The notes below the pieces were generated by a model that searched no databases, was not told where the DNA came from, and saw only the letters and a list, made by a program, of their open reading frames with translations. Below are positions 37,498 through 46,616 of a stretch of 64,000 nucleotides of DNA, piece by piece. The stretch comes from an uncultured Akkermansia sp. GTDB taxonomy: Bacteria; Verrucomicrobiota; Verrucomicrobiia; Verrucomicrobiales; Akkermansiaceae. Numbering within the stretch: position 1 is the first letter of the stretch; each line of letters begins with the position of its first letter. The translations under genes were made by a program, and so were the position numbers. Location: positions 11,739 through 75,738 of the forward strand of contig CANQJI010000001.1 of NCBI GenBank assembly GCA_947624205.1, in the 5' to 3' direction.

Positions 37498-38043
37498 ATG
37501 ATGAATAAGTTTATTTTCTCGATAGCGGTGATTCTTACTGCAATGCTTGGGCAGCAATGTTCACGGACTGACATAGAAGAGGAGCTTCCGCTACGTGATT
37601 TCCTGGAGGGGGGTGATAGGGTGATCTACATAGAGGGGAACATCTTTCTTGATATGTACGAAAAGGACGATCAGCTTAAACGCAAGCATGAACGCGCGAT
37701 TGGGATGCCGGTAGAAGAGAGGTATTATAGGTATAGGGAAGAAATAACGGGGGCACGATTGAAACAATTGAGGGAATTTCTTTTAGGTTACTCTTGCATA
37801 ACACGACGTGAAACACCGATTGAAAAAGAACAAATCATTCATATAGTAGACCGCTTTCGTCCCACTGATGGCAGCTATTTGAAATTGCTGATACCCGGGA
37901 AGAAGGGAAAAGAAGTAATTATATGGTTGGAAACAGAAGAAGAGGCTGAGAAGTTTTATATGACAGTAGGTCGGGAAGGTACGGCGAGAGATAGGCGTCA
38001 GTTACGTTTGATGAGGGAGCGGGAAAAAGGGAAAAAGCAGTGA
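37498..38043 (+). CDS. Secreted or membrane-anchored hypothetical protein (181 aa); paralog of 25395-25916
   Basis: MMNKFIFSIAVILTAMLGQQCS. Its upstream leader (AGTAGAAAGGATGTT.TTTTATGATGAATAAGTT) and its position next to an IS right end are also shared with the paralog. Confidence 0.6.
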   Translation: MMNKFIFSIAVILTAMLGQQCSRTDIEEELPLRDFLEGGDRVIYIEGNIFLDMYEKDDQLKRKHERAIGMPVEERYYRYREEITGARLKQLREFLLGYSCITRRETPIEKEQIIHIVDRFRPTDGSYLKLLIPGKKGKEVIIWLETEEEAEKFYMTVGREGTARDRRQLRLMREREKGKKQ

Positions 38044-38744
38044 CGAATATAGAGAGGTCTGTGAATTGCAGAACAAAAGCAACGGGTGAAGGACAGACTG
38101 AGATGCTTAACCCAAGCCACAAAGTCAGCCGCGACCTGCTTGCGGGCATGGATTATGTGCGTGGCAATGGTCTCATCACGCAACGCCAGTACAACTACGG
38201 TGCGCTTGGGAGACCGATGACGCGCGATACGCGCTACCCGAATAAGGCGATTCATCATGCTGATACCTTCGCTTACAACAAGAGGGGTGAAAGCCCACGA
38301 GGGCTCGGAGTGGGATTGGACAACGCGCAAGCGTTGTCCGCAGGGCGAACCTCCGATGGGGCGGTGGTGAGTCAAAGCGCCCGACGGCTGGCAGGGCGAT
38401 TGGACAAAAGCGCAGCTTTTACCCCGAAGGGGCGAAGCATCGATGGGGCGATGCTGAGTCAACTCACGGGTGCGCTACTTGATGAGAATGCCTACGCCTA
38501 TGCCTACGACAACATAGGCAACCGTGAAATCGCCCAGGAGGTAACTGAGGGCATTACCTATGCCGCCAACGACCTGAACCAGTATACGCGCATCAGCATG
38601 AATAGCGAATCTATGAGAAGAGGGAAGAAGTTGAGATCGAGTTCGGAAAATTCTAATCATGTGATAAAAAAACTGGTAGTTAAATGGGACTGCTCTTGCA
38701 TTCCTAAAAAGAGTGAAGGAAGTCTGAGTATTAGCAATTCATAA
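38040..38744 (+). pseudogene. Rhs core fragment carrying two tandem 87-nt modules in frame, with an unrelated short tail
   Basis: YNYGALGRPMTRDTRYP...FAYNKRG, then 58 inserted aa, then LTGALLDENAYAYAYDNIGNREIAQE..ITYAANDLNQYTRI. After this the Rhs similarity ends, and there is no core-end motif. Confidence 0.7.
38288..38461 (+). repeat. Two tandem 87-nt double-hairpin modules embedded in the Rhs fragment
   Basis: Unit 1 is ...GGATTGGACAACGCGCAAGCGTTGTCCGCAGGGCGAACCTCCGATGGGGCGGTGGTGAGTCA. Unit 2 (38375-38461) is AAGCGCCCGACGG...TTGGACAAAAGCGCAGCTTTTACCCCGAAGGGGCGAAGCATCGATGGGGCGATGCTGAGTCA. Confidence 0.85.
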
Positions 38745-38754
38745 TTCCGGAGAT

Positions 38755-39888
38755 ATGTTAATGATACACACCTCGAGAACGAAGTTATCACATGGATTGA
38801 TGTTGATAACGAGCATATTTTTCTGTTTCGCAGGTTGCACATCAGTAAAAGAGGCAAACTTTGAAATAAGAGAGTACAAAGAGGCATCCTTCAGGAGCTG
38901 GTTATTCTTCAAGGAAAGGGACACCTATTATTCGCCACCAGCAATAAACCGAGCCATTTTTTTGCGTCCTATGCCGGAGGAGGTCAAGAAAGAAATTGGT
39001 GGTGATACAAAAGCGATAAGGTGTTTTGGGGATAGATACTACGCCATACCCGGTCGAGAACCCGGCATCTGGTATCCCCCTAACGCATGGGTCGGCTATC
39101 AGGGCAATCTAACGAGCCGGAAACCAACGAATTATCCTTGGGAAACAGATACGTCCCAAGATATCAATCTCTTCATGGAAAAGCTTGATTTGAAAAAGTT
39201 TGCTAAATTGATTTACGGCAATCAGCTGGGTCGGATCTTTTTCATGAAGGGGGAAAGAGAGATAAGCTTTTATGCACGCCTTATAGTGGGATATGTTCCC
39301 CCAAGCGTGTATGTTCCTGCACGTCTTATAACGGAATCGGACTTAAATCTTTCGATGTTGATGAATAATATCGCTCTTCTCTTCCAACTTGAAAGGGACG
39401 GTTGGATTACTAAAACGGGGAGGGATTCGTGGCGATGGACAGCTCAGGCAAGGGCGTTGAAAAAGGGTGAACAATCCACCCTCTCAGATATGGATATGCA
39501 GACACGGAATTATTTCAAAGCCCTGACACTGATCAAGGATGGTAATGAGTCACTGCCGCCCATACCCTGTCGAATTATCAAAACGTGTGAGACGGTGGGT
39601 ATGATTGATGCTGAGGTACGACTTATGAGGAAAAATGAGGGTTGCAACATGGGCCCGATGCCAAAGAAAAGATATTTTACCGTGGATGAGGAGGTCGGGT
39701 ACTGTGTTTTATTGGGGGCAACCCTTCGCTTACAATCGGAGGGAAAGAAGCAGAGTTACGTCCAGTTGAGAGTTTTTGCAACGGACGGGGATATAAGAAG
39801 AACCCACGGCGTCAACTTGGAGAGAATCCTTCAGGAAGGAGGAATGCCCAAACGCATATGCCGCGTTATTTATGACAGGAAACGGTGA
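38755..39888 (+). CDS. Lipoprotein, paralog family A (377 aa)
   Basis: LMLITSIFFCFAGC has a lipobox. It is homologous to 34584-35774 over its full length. Confidence 0.65.
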   Translation: MLMIHTSRTKLSHGLMLITSIFFCFAGCTSVKEANFEIREYKEASFRSWLFFKERDTYYSPPAINRAIFLRPMPEEVKKEIGGDTKAIRCFGDRYYAIPGREPGIWYPPNAWVGYQGNLTSRKPTNYPWETDTSQDINLFMEKLDLKKFAKLIYGNQLGRIFFMKGEREISFYARLIVGYVPPSVYVPARLITESDLNLSMLMNNIALLFQLERDGWITKTGRDSWRWTAQARALKKGEQSTLSDMDMQTRNYFKALTLIKDGNESLPPIPCRIIKTCETVGMIDAEVRLMRKNEGCNMGPMPKKRYFTVDEEVGYCVLLGATLRLQSEGKKQSYVQLRVFATDGDIRRTHGVNLERILQEGGMPKRICRVIYDRKR

Positions 39889-40024
39889 GTGTAAATCGTA
39901 AGAATAGATGTAACAGTTGAAAGATAGACGGAGATGCTCAACTTAAGCCACAGAGCCAGGCGCGACCTGCTTACAAAGATATGTGTTGCCTTAGACCATA
40001 ACCATTGACTGATCTTTATACAGT

Positions 40025-40633
40025 ATGAAAAACATAAAAATGAACAAGAAGGTGAGAGTTTTGATTTTGAGTGTGATTTTGCTTCTGAATCTTTTTTCAT
40101 GTGGAACAAACTCTCAGCCTCATATGGATTATTCTCAATTTCAACTGATGTATTCGTACGCACCGCCTCTTCCGGCTGGAGATAGAAAGTATTATAAAAT
40201 AATAAAATATTTATCCGCGCAATGGGCGGTAAGTCTCAAAGAGAATCACTATGTATATTTTCACAACGGGGATTATTATGTATTCCACCGTTATCCTGTT
40301 ACCGATAGAAGGGCGGGATATCCCACAATTATTTCGGAGGATGAAGCAGAGAGAATGATGGCGACGAATTTCCCTTTTGAAATGGATTATTCTCAATTTC
40401 AACCAGTGTATTCATACAAATTTTATTCTCGAAAAGGAGATAAGAAGTATCATAAAATAATAAAATATCTGACTTCACGGTACAGAGTTAGTCCTAGTGA
40501 GAATCTCTATATATATTTTTATGATGGATATTATTACATATTCCGCGACTTCCCTGTTACTGATAGAAAAGTATTACCTCCCATAACTATTTCAAAAGAT
40601 CGAGCAGAAGAGATCATGGCGGCAATTCCGTAG
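40025..40633 (+). CDS. Lipoprotein with an internal tandem duplication of a ~84-aa domain
   Basis: VLILSVILLLNLFSCG has a lipobox. MDYSQFQLMYSYAPP...KYYKIIKYLSAQW...YVYFHNGDYYVFHRYPVTDR repeats as MDYSQFQPVYSYKFY...KYHKIIKYLTSRY...YIYFYDGYYYIFRDFPVTDR. Confidence 0.6.
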   Translation: MKNIKMNKKVRVLILSVILLLNLFSCGTNSQPHMDYSQFQLMYSYAPPLPAGDRKYYKIIKYLSAQWAVSLKENHYVYFHNGDYYVFHRYPVTDRRAGYPTIISEDEAERMMATNFPFEMDYSQFQPVYSYKFYSRKGDKKYHKIIKYLTSRYRVSPSENLYIYFYDGYYYIFRDFPVTDRKVLPPITISKDRAEEIMAAIP

Positions 40634-40704
40634 CGAAGCGATCGATTATTAGGCAAGATGTGTGAAGTGTAAGAACAGAGGTAATAGGAGAAAGACAGAA
40701 GGAG

Positions 40705-41019
40705 ATGGGCAGCTCAAACCATAAAGTCAAACGCTACCTGTTTACAAAGATGTGTTCCATCCGTAACACGGACGGCGGACTCGTGGTGCAGCGCAGTTAC
40801 ACGTACGACAAGCTCGGACGTCCTCTCACGCGGCAGACGCTTTGCAGTGGCGGCACCATGAATGAGACGTTTGATTACAATGACCGCTCTGAAGGCGCCC
40901 ACGTCACGCGCACGGTGGGTGCTTCTAAGAAGAAATGTTCTGACCTCTATGATGCTTGTATACTTGGATGTAGAGGAGGCAAATGGCCCACGGAAACTCC
41001 AGGTGTTAGATTATATTGA
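40705..41019 (+). pseudogene. Short Rhs-junction fragment with a Cys-rich tail (104 aa)
   Basis: SYTYDKLGRPLTRQT...FDYNDRSE matches the cassette 5' region. The following 40-aa tail is unrelated. The upstream sequence at 40660-40740 resembles other cassette junctions (39893-39980). Confidence 0.55.
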
Positions 41020-41031
41020 GAGCTTGATTGT

Positions 41032-41889
41032 ATGTTAGATTACATATTTGATACGAATCTGTATTACTATGCGGAAGGAACAGGCGAGCTGTGTACCGCG
41101 AGAATTGCATTGACCTATCCGTGGAAAAGTCCTCATACTCGTGATGACTTACGATGGATATGCTTCGACCATACGTGCTTTCCTCCGTTCTTTGGAATAC
41201 ATCCCCTAACCCTTTTAAGACAGGCGTGTACCATATTAAGCATGGAACTCAGCGAAAGAGCATACTTTTTTAAATATGAGGATGCTGTCTCTCGTGATAT
41301 GAGCAAATCTTTTCACAGTGAAAGATACATTTCCGTATACAAGCAAATAAAGATCGCAGTAAGAGAACGAATCAGGAGCTTGGAAAAGAAGCAAAAACAG
41401 ATGGGAACTGCTCCGACTGTTCATCAAACAGAAGAAAAATGTGAAAAACTATTAAAACGAGAGGAATACCAAAATCATTTACAGAAGTATCCGAATGCAC
41501 AGAGAAGAAAGATGGAGTTTTATTACTATACGCCCAAAAAGGGAATATGTACGTTGAGCGCACGCGAATGGGCTCCTGTAGAACTTAAAGCAGGACTTTG
41601 GGCATACAAGCCTTGTGTCATAGAGGGAAGTTCCTCCTCCCGTTTAGAAGGAGGAGAGACGACAGATCCGCTTCACGCATTGATCAATTCTTTGCAAAGC
41701 ATTACTCAATATTTAGTGACCTATGCAGAGGAACACGGTATTCTCCAGTATTTTGTTGTGAAGGAAGGAGGCGTTGCAACTGCAGGGAATTCTTTAGATG
41801 TATCCTTCCTCAAATATACATTGAAAGCTCCCGTATTATGGGGATTAGCGCTTAGGATGGAACCTTCAGGTGATCTAATTATGGATTGA
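41032..41889 (+). CDS. Hypothetical cytoplasmic protein (285 aa)
   Basis: Clean AT-rich ORF starting 13 nt after the preceding fragment. No signal peptide and no recognised domain. Confidence 0.5.
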   Translation: MLDYIFDTNLYYYAEGTGELCTARIALTYPWKSPHTRDDLRWICFDHTCFPPFFGIHPLTLLRQACTILSMELSERAYFFKYEDAVSRDMSKSFHSERYISVYKQIKIAVRERIRSLEKKQKQMGTAPTVHQTEEKCEKLLKREEYQNHLQKYPNAQRRKMEFYYYTPKKGICTLSAREWAPVELKAGLWAYKPCVIEGSSSSRLEGGETTDPLHALINSLQSITQYLVTYAEEHGILQYFVVKEGGVATAGNSLDVSFLKYTLKAPVLWGLALRMEPSGDLIMD

Positions 41890-42349
41890 CTTGGCAACAG
41901 ACGCGGAACAAAAAATGAAAAAGTTATTCTTAAGTGCTATTTTCCCGTGTTCTTGTCATCCGGTATTGGAAGAAAAAATTATGTTGTATCCGGCAAAAAA
42001 TTGTAGATTGGAATTTACTGCATGCAAAAGAGACGTGGCTGCAACAGAGTTTGCTCCCGGAGTTTGTGTATATAAGGGTGAACTTTATGGTAGAGTGGGA
42101 AATATATAAGGGTAAGTCTGTAAGAACAGCAATAAAATCACTCAATGATGTTGGGGAATAGGTTGATGAATCCTTGATTCCGTTTCCATCGGGCGTTGCT
42201 GTCCGGATTCTAGTGAGGATGACACCGTTTCAACAACAGGCTATTCATGAAGTGCGCGCGCGTGGTGCGGATTCTACGAAAAGTTATGTGGATGCTTTAA
42301 ACGGCATGTTGTTGACTCAGCTCTTCGAGAGGTGTACAATGAAGAGAGA

Positions 42350-44026
42350 ATGATGCGGATAGAGCGATTATGGCAATTTTGGATAGGCGCAGCGCTTTGC
42401 TTCGGCATGCTCAGCTGTAGCGTGTCGCCATTGCCGTCGCCGAAGCTCCCTCGTGTCAGCCGGCAATCAATGCCGGATTCGTCTCTCGTCGCGCGTCTCC
42501 GTGAATCATGGCTCATGCTGGGGCAGGTTGATCTCCCCGCGGAGAAGAGGCAGGAAGTCATCCGTTGCTACAATGCGGACTTACTCTGTCTGCTGCGCCG
42601 TCTGCGCCATGATGCCGTCCGGGAGGGAGCCATCACCCCATATCCCCTCTTCATGGATGGAGCGTCGGGAAAGAATCTTTGCGGGAAATTGGCGCAGACG
42701 TACGATGACATTGTGCCGGCGGCGGATGTGAGTCTCGACATGCTGAAGGAGAGATACCTCTCTCCCGGTCTCGGGGTGCCGATTGTCGGGGTGATTCCGC
42801 ATGCCAAGTTGCGCGAGCGCGTAGCGACTTTTCAAGCGCGCGGCACGGTGCATACCATGACTGCACTGCTGGAGTTTCGCGGTACGCATGCATCGCCTGT
42901 CATCCGTTTCATCCCGCAGCAGAAGGCTTCCAGGGTGCGCATCGGCAGAATGCTGTACCAGTTGGCAGAAGATTATTCTGCCCCCATCGAGCTGTACTGG
43001 GCGCTCAGCGGGGTGGATCGCGATCGATTCCTCGGTCTTCTGCGTCCCCAGAATGTGCGTAACCAACGGGGACTTGTCTGCATGGAACCCTGCGATCCCG
43101 ACCGCATTCCCGTCATCTTCGTGCATGGACTTGCTTCCAGCGCCGCAACCTTTGCGAACCTTGTGAATCGCCTGAGGAGTTATCCCGATTTGCGCAAGCG
43201 GTACCAATTCTGGTACTTCAACTATCCCACCGGTGTGGCGTGGACGCTCTCTGCCGCCGCCTACCGCAAGGCTCTGGAAGAGGCTCGTGCGGAGTTTGAC
43301 CCGAACCATCGCAATGCCAACTGGGATCATCTCGTTGCAGTCGGTCATTCCATGGGCGGACTTATCACGCACTACAGTCAGTGTACGGAACCGTGGAAGT
43401 TGCTGGAAGCCGTGCCGCGGGATCGTACCCTCTTCGGCGATTTGCTCCACGGTCGCTACACGGATGCGCCACCCGTCGCGGCGCGCAAGAACGGTCTGCA
43501 GGATTTGTTCTATTTCAAACCTGTGAAAGCCGGCATGGTGGTCTACATGGCCACGCCGCACAAGGGGGCTCCTATCGCGCGTAATCGTTTTGTGATCATG
43601 CTCACGCATCTCATCTACCTGCCGCAAAGCGTTATCTCTGAGACGCTGAATGTCGCCACTCTGCAGCGTGACAATGTGATCACGGATCCGCGGCGACTCA
43701 CGCGCTGGTTCACGAGTATCCGACAGCTCTCGCCGGACAGCTACGCCATTCGCGGGCTGGCTCCTCTCGCCGTTCGCGATGTGCCCATCCATTCCATCAT
43801 CGGTGATCGCGGACGCGGCAACACCCCGCGTAGCTCCGACGGCGTCGTGCCATATTGGTCAAGCCATTTGCCGTTTGGTACGGAGACGATCGTACCGGCG
43901 GATCACTCGGTGCAGGATGCGCAGGAGACGGCAGATGACCTGGCACGGCTACTGCAAGACAATTTGAGGAGGCGAAGGGCGTCAGCGATGCAAGAACTCA
44001 GAGCTCGTAGTAAGTGTAGCCGTTGA
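42350..44026 (+). CDS. Alpha/beta-hydrolase (lipase/esterase-like) lipoprotein
   Basis: MMRIERLWQFWIGAALCFGMLSC has a lipobox. IFVHGLASSAATF, the nucleophile elbow VGHSMGG, and a late DGVVPYWSSHL...H are present. Confidence 0.8.
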   Translation: MMRIERLWQFWIGAALCFGMLSCSVSPLPSPKLPRVSRQSMPDSSLVARLRESWLMLGQVDLPAEKRQEVIRCYNADLLCLLRRLRHDAVREGAITPYPLFMDGASGKNLCGKLAQTYDDIVPAADVSLDMLKERYLSPGLGVPIVGVIPHAKLRERVATFQARGTVHTMTALLEFRGTHASPVIRFIPQQKASRVRIGRMLYQLAEDYSAPIELYWALSGVDRDRFLGLLRPQNVRNQRGLVCMEPCDPDRIPVIFVHGLASSAATFANLVNRLRSYPDLRKRYQFWYFNYPTGVAWTLSAAAYRKALEEARAEFDPNHRNANWDHLVAVGHSMGGLITHYSQCTEPWKLLEAVPRDRTLFGDLLHGRYTDAPPVAARKNGLQDLFYFKPVKAGMVVYMATPHKGAPIARNRFVIMLTHLIYLPQSVISETLNVATLQRDNVITDPRRLTRWFTSIRQLSPDSYAIRGLAPLAVRDVPIHSIIGDRGRGNTPRSSDGVVPYWSSHLPFGTETIVPADHSVQDAQETADDLARLLQDNLRRRRASAMQELRARSKCSR

Positions 44027-45938
44027 GACCGTCGCGGTAGGCTTCCAGGGCTTCGCGGCGTTGTCGCGGGGTGATGCGTTCGCCCTCCACTGCTTGTTCT
44101 GCCAGGATACGGAAGCGTTGCACCAGCTCCTTGGGGTCATATTTTTCGTAAGAAAGGACATCCGCCACGCAATCGCCTTCCTCCTCGTCGGTGAAGACCG
44201 GACGCCCATTCTCCAAGTGTACACTCACCACATTCGTGTCACCCAGCAGGTTGTGAAGATCGCCGAGCGTTTCCTGGTAAGCGCCCACGAGGAAGACTGC
44301 GACGTAGTACTGTTCATCTCCTTCCACCTCGTGCAGCGGCAGGGAACGCGCCACGTCCTCGCGATCGATATATTGCGCCACTTTGCCATCGCAGTCGCAG
44401 GTGATGTCCACGAGCACGCACTTCTGCGTGGGGCGCTCACAGAGACGCTGGATGGGCATGACCGGGAAGAGCTGGTCGATAGCCCAGGAATCCGGCAGAC
44501 TCTGGAAGAGCGAGAAATTGCCGTAATAAAAATCCACCATATTGTCGGAGACCTCTTTGAGGTCCTCGGGGATTTCACTCATCTCTGCGATGCGGTGAGC
44601 GATGAGACCCATGATGCGCCAGTAGATAGCCTCCCCGATGCCGCGTTCGCGCAAGCTCACGTTGCCGTAGGAGAATTGCATGCGCAGTGTATCGCGGTAA
44701 TAGTTTGCGTCGTTGTAGCTCTCCTGGATGTTTTTGCGGGTGAGCATGCGGTATGTTTCATCCAGCGCCTGGAGCACCTCGCTCGCGTTGTCCGGCAGCT
44801 TTGGCAGCGCCCCGTTGTAGCCTTGTGTGCTGGTCACATCCAGGATGTTGAAGACGAGCACCGAGTGGTATGCCGACACAGCTCGTCCACTCTCCGTCAC
44901 CAGTGTGGGGTGCGCCACGCCACTGCGCGTGCACATCTCTCCAACGATTTCCACCACGTCGCGCGCGTACTCCTCCACCGTGTAGTTGCAGGAGGAGTGG
45001 AAATTCGTCTGCGAGCCATCGTAGTCCACCGCCAGCCCTCCGCCCATGTCCAGCGTACCCATGGGGGCGCCTTCGCGTACGAGATCGATGTACATGCGGC
45101 AGGCTTCGGAGAGACCCTCGCGGATGATGGAGATATTCGGAATTTGTGAGCCCTGGTGGTAGTGCAGCACCTTGAGGCAATGTAGTTTGTTGACCTCCTT
45201 GAGATGATCCACGACTTCGATGACCTGGGCCGTGTTCAGCCCGAAGACGGACTTGTCGCCGGCGGATTCACTCCAGTGACCGGCGCCTTTGGCGGAGAGG
45301 CGCACGCGCACACCCAGATTGGGCTCGATGCCCAGCTTTTCCGCGCGTTTCAGGATGGCGGGCAATTCGTTGGGCATCTCCAGAATCAGGTGGATGTTCA
45401 ATCCCATGCGTTGCCCCATGAGCGCCAAGTCGATGAATTCATCGTCCTTGTATCCGTTGCACATGAGGAAGGCTTCGGCATCCTGCATGTACGCCATCGC
45501 AGCGATGAGTTCAGGTTTGGAGCCGGCTTCCAGACCGTAGTGGTATCGGGCGCCGTAGGAAACGATTTCCTCGACGATATGCCGCTGCTGGTTCACCTTG
45601 ATGGGGTAAACGCCTCGGTATTTGCCCTGGTAATCCAGCTTGCGGATGGCGCCGGAAAAACTGCGGTTCAACTCGTCCACCCGGGCGCGAAGTAGATCTC
45701 GAAAGCGCAGAAGTACAGGTGCTTCCATTCCGCGTTCTGCCAGCTCTTTCATCAGGGTTACCAAGCTCACATGCCGCGGTTCACCACTGCTGTCGATGAG
45801 TCGTACGGTCGTCTCACCGTTGCGTGATACGTCGAAGAAGTCATTGCCCCAATCCGGCACGCAGTAAAGTTCAGCAGAGTCGGCGGCTGTCCAATTCTTG
45901 ACTTTGCGACGGATGGTCTGTGTCTTGCGTTGAGGCAT
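43998..45938 (-). CDS. speA: Biosynthetic arginine decarboxylase
   Basis: 646 aa: W.AADSAELYCVPDWGNDFFDV..NG, YPIKVNQQRHIVEEI, LEAGSKPEL, HYHQGSQI, GGGLAVDYDG. The 3' end overlaps the convergent hydrolase gene by 29 nt. Confidence 0.96.
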   Translation of the reverse strand: MPQRKTQTIRRKVKNWTAADSAELYCVPDWGNDFFDVSRNGETTVRLIDSSGEPRHVSLVTLMKELAERGMEAPVLLRFRDLLRARVDELNRSFSGAIRKLDYQGKYRGVYPIKVNQQRHIVEEIVSYGARYHYGLEAGSKPELIAAMAYMQDAEAFLMCNGYKDDEFIDLALMGQRMGLNIHLILEMPNELPAILKRAEKLGIEPNLGVRVRLSAKGAGHWSESAGDKSVFGLNTAQVIEVVDHLKEVNKLHCLKVLHYHQGSQIPNISIIREGLSEACRMYIDLVREGAPMGTLDMGGGLAVDYDGSQTNFHSSCNYTVEEYARDVVEIVGEMCTRSGVAHPTLVTESGRAVSAYHSVLVFNILDVTSTQGYNGALPKLPDNASEVLQALDETYRMLTRKNIQESYNDANYYRDTLRMQFSYGNVSLRERGIGEAIYWRIMGLIAHRIAEMSEIPEDLKEVSDNMVDFYYGNFSLFQSLPDSWAIDQLFPVMPIQRLCERPTQKCVLVDITCDCDGKVAQYIDREDVARSLPLHEVEGDEQYYVAVFLVGAYQETLGDLHNLLGDTNVVSVHLENGRPVFTDEEEGDCVADVLSYEKYDPKELVQRFRILAEQAVEGERITPRQRREALEAYRDGLNGYTYYEL

Positions 45939-46006
45939 GGTATGGGTCGGTTGTGAATGAATGGAAGAGGTGTGTGTATGCCCTTGCCTTGAGGCAATCG
46001 AAGAAA

Positions 46007-46034
46007 GGCAAACGCATCAGAAAACGCGTTTGCC
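46007..46034 (-). terminator. Solo left-end hairpin of the repeat family, positioned as the rplY terminator
   Basis: GGCAAACGC-atcagaaaac-GCGTTTGCC. On the minus strand it is followed by TTTCTTCG. One TACGA-heptad remnant (CACGATTTACGATG) lies next to it. Confidence 0.55.
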
Positions 46035-46061
46035 TTTCACGATTTACGATGTTCCCCGGGA

Positions 46062-46616
46062 TCAGGGTTTCACCACGGAAGCCAACACGACGGTCCCGTT
46101 GAATGGTGTGGTCACCTTCTCGGGCAGCGTCACTTGAGACAGACGAAGAGACTGTCCGAGATCCACGGCGCTGATATCCGCCACGACTTCCTCCGGGATG
46201 TCCTTCACCTTGCAGCGCACCGGAAGCTGGTGCACCAGCTGCTGCACTTGTCCACCCATGGCCACACCCACGGGCGTGCCCTTCAGGTGTACCGGCACCT
46301 TCACCAGAACTACAGAATCCGGCGTGATTGCTTGAAAATCAACGTGCGTAGTGTTGTCGGTCAGATGGTTGTGCTGCACATTCTTGATGAGGCAGAGAAG
46401 CTTCTCTCCCTCCAGATCCAACTCCACGGGAAGGCTGTCCGTCTCGTCCAATCCCAGCAGCACGCGCAGATCCGCTGCGCGAGTCTGGATGTTAATGTTC
46501 TCCTTCACGGTATGCCCGTAAATCACACCCGGTACTAGTCCCTGGGCGCGCAGGCTGTTCAGTTTTCCTGTGCCGACGAGCTCGCGCTTGCTCACGCTCA
46601 ACGTTTTCGTTTTCAT
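46062..46616 (-). CDS. rplY: 50S ribosomal protein L25 / general stress protein Ctc
   Basis: LSVSKRELVGTGKLNSLRAQGLVPGVIYG... and two-domain Ctc length (184 aa). Confidence 0.9.
   Translation of the reverse strand: MKTKTLSVSKRELVGTGKLNSLRAQGLVPGVIYGHTVKENINIQTRAADLRVLLGLDETDSLPVELDLEGEKLLCLIKNVQHNHLTDNTTHVDFQAITPDSVVLVKVPVHLKGTPVGVAMGGQVQQLVHQLPVRCKVKDIPEEVVADISAVDLGQSLRLSQVTLPEKVTTPFNGTVVLASVVKP

Noticed and set aside
14700-41900. The island as an integron-type cassette array
   Set aside because: There is no intI-like integrase and I recognised no attC-type imperfect palindromes with GTTRRRY cores at ORF ends. The repeated boundaries are Rhs coding sequence and IS ends.
41915-42109. A 64-aa Cys-containing small ORF (MKKLFLSAIFPCSCHP...) after the last island gene
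   Set aside because: It is short, has no clear RBS and no recognisable family. It could be real, but the sequence alone does not support it.
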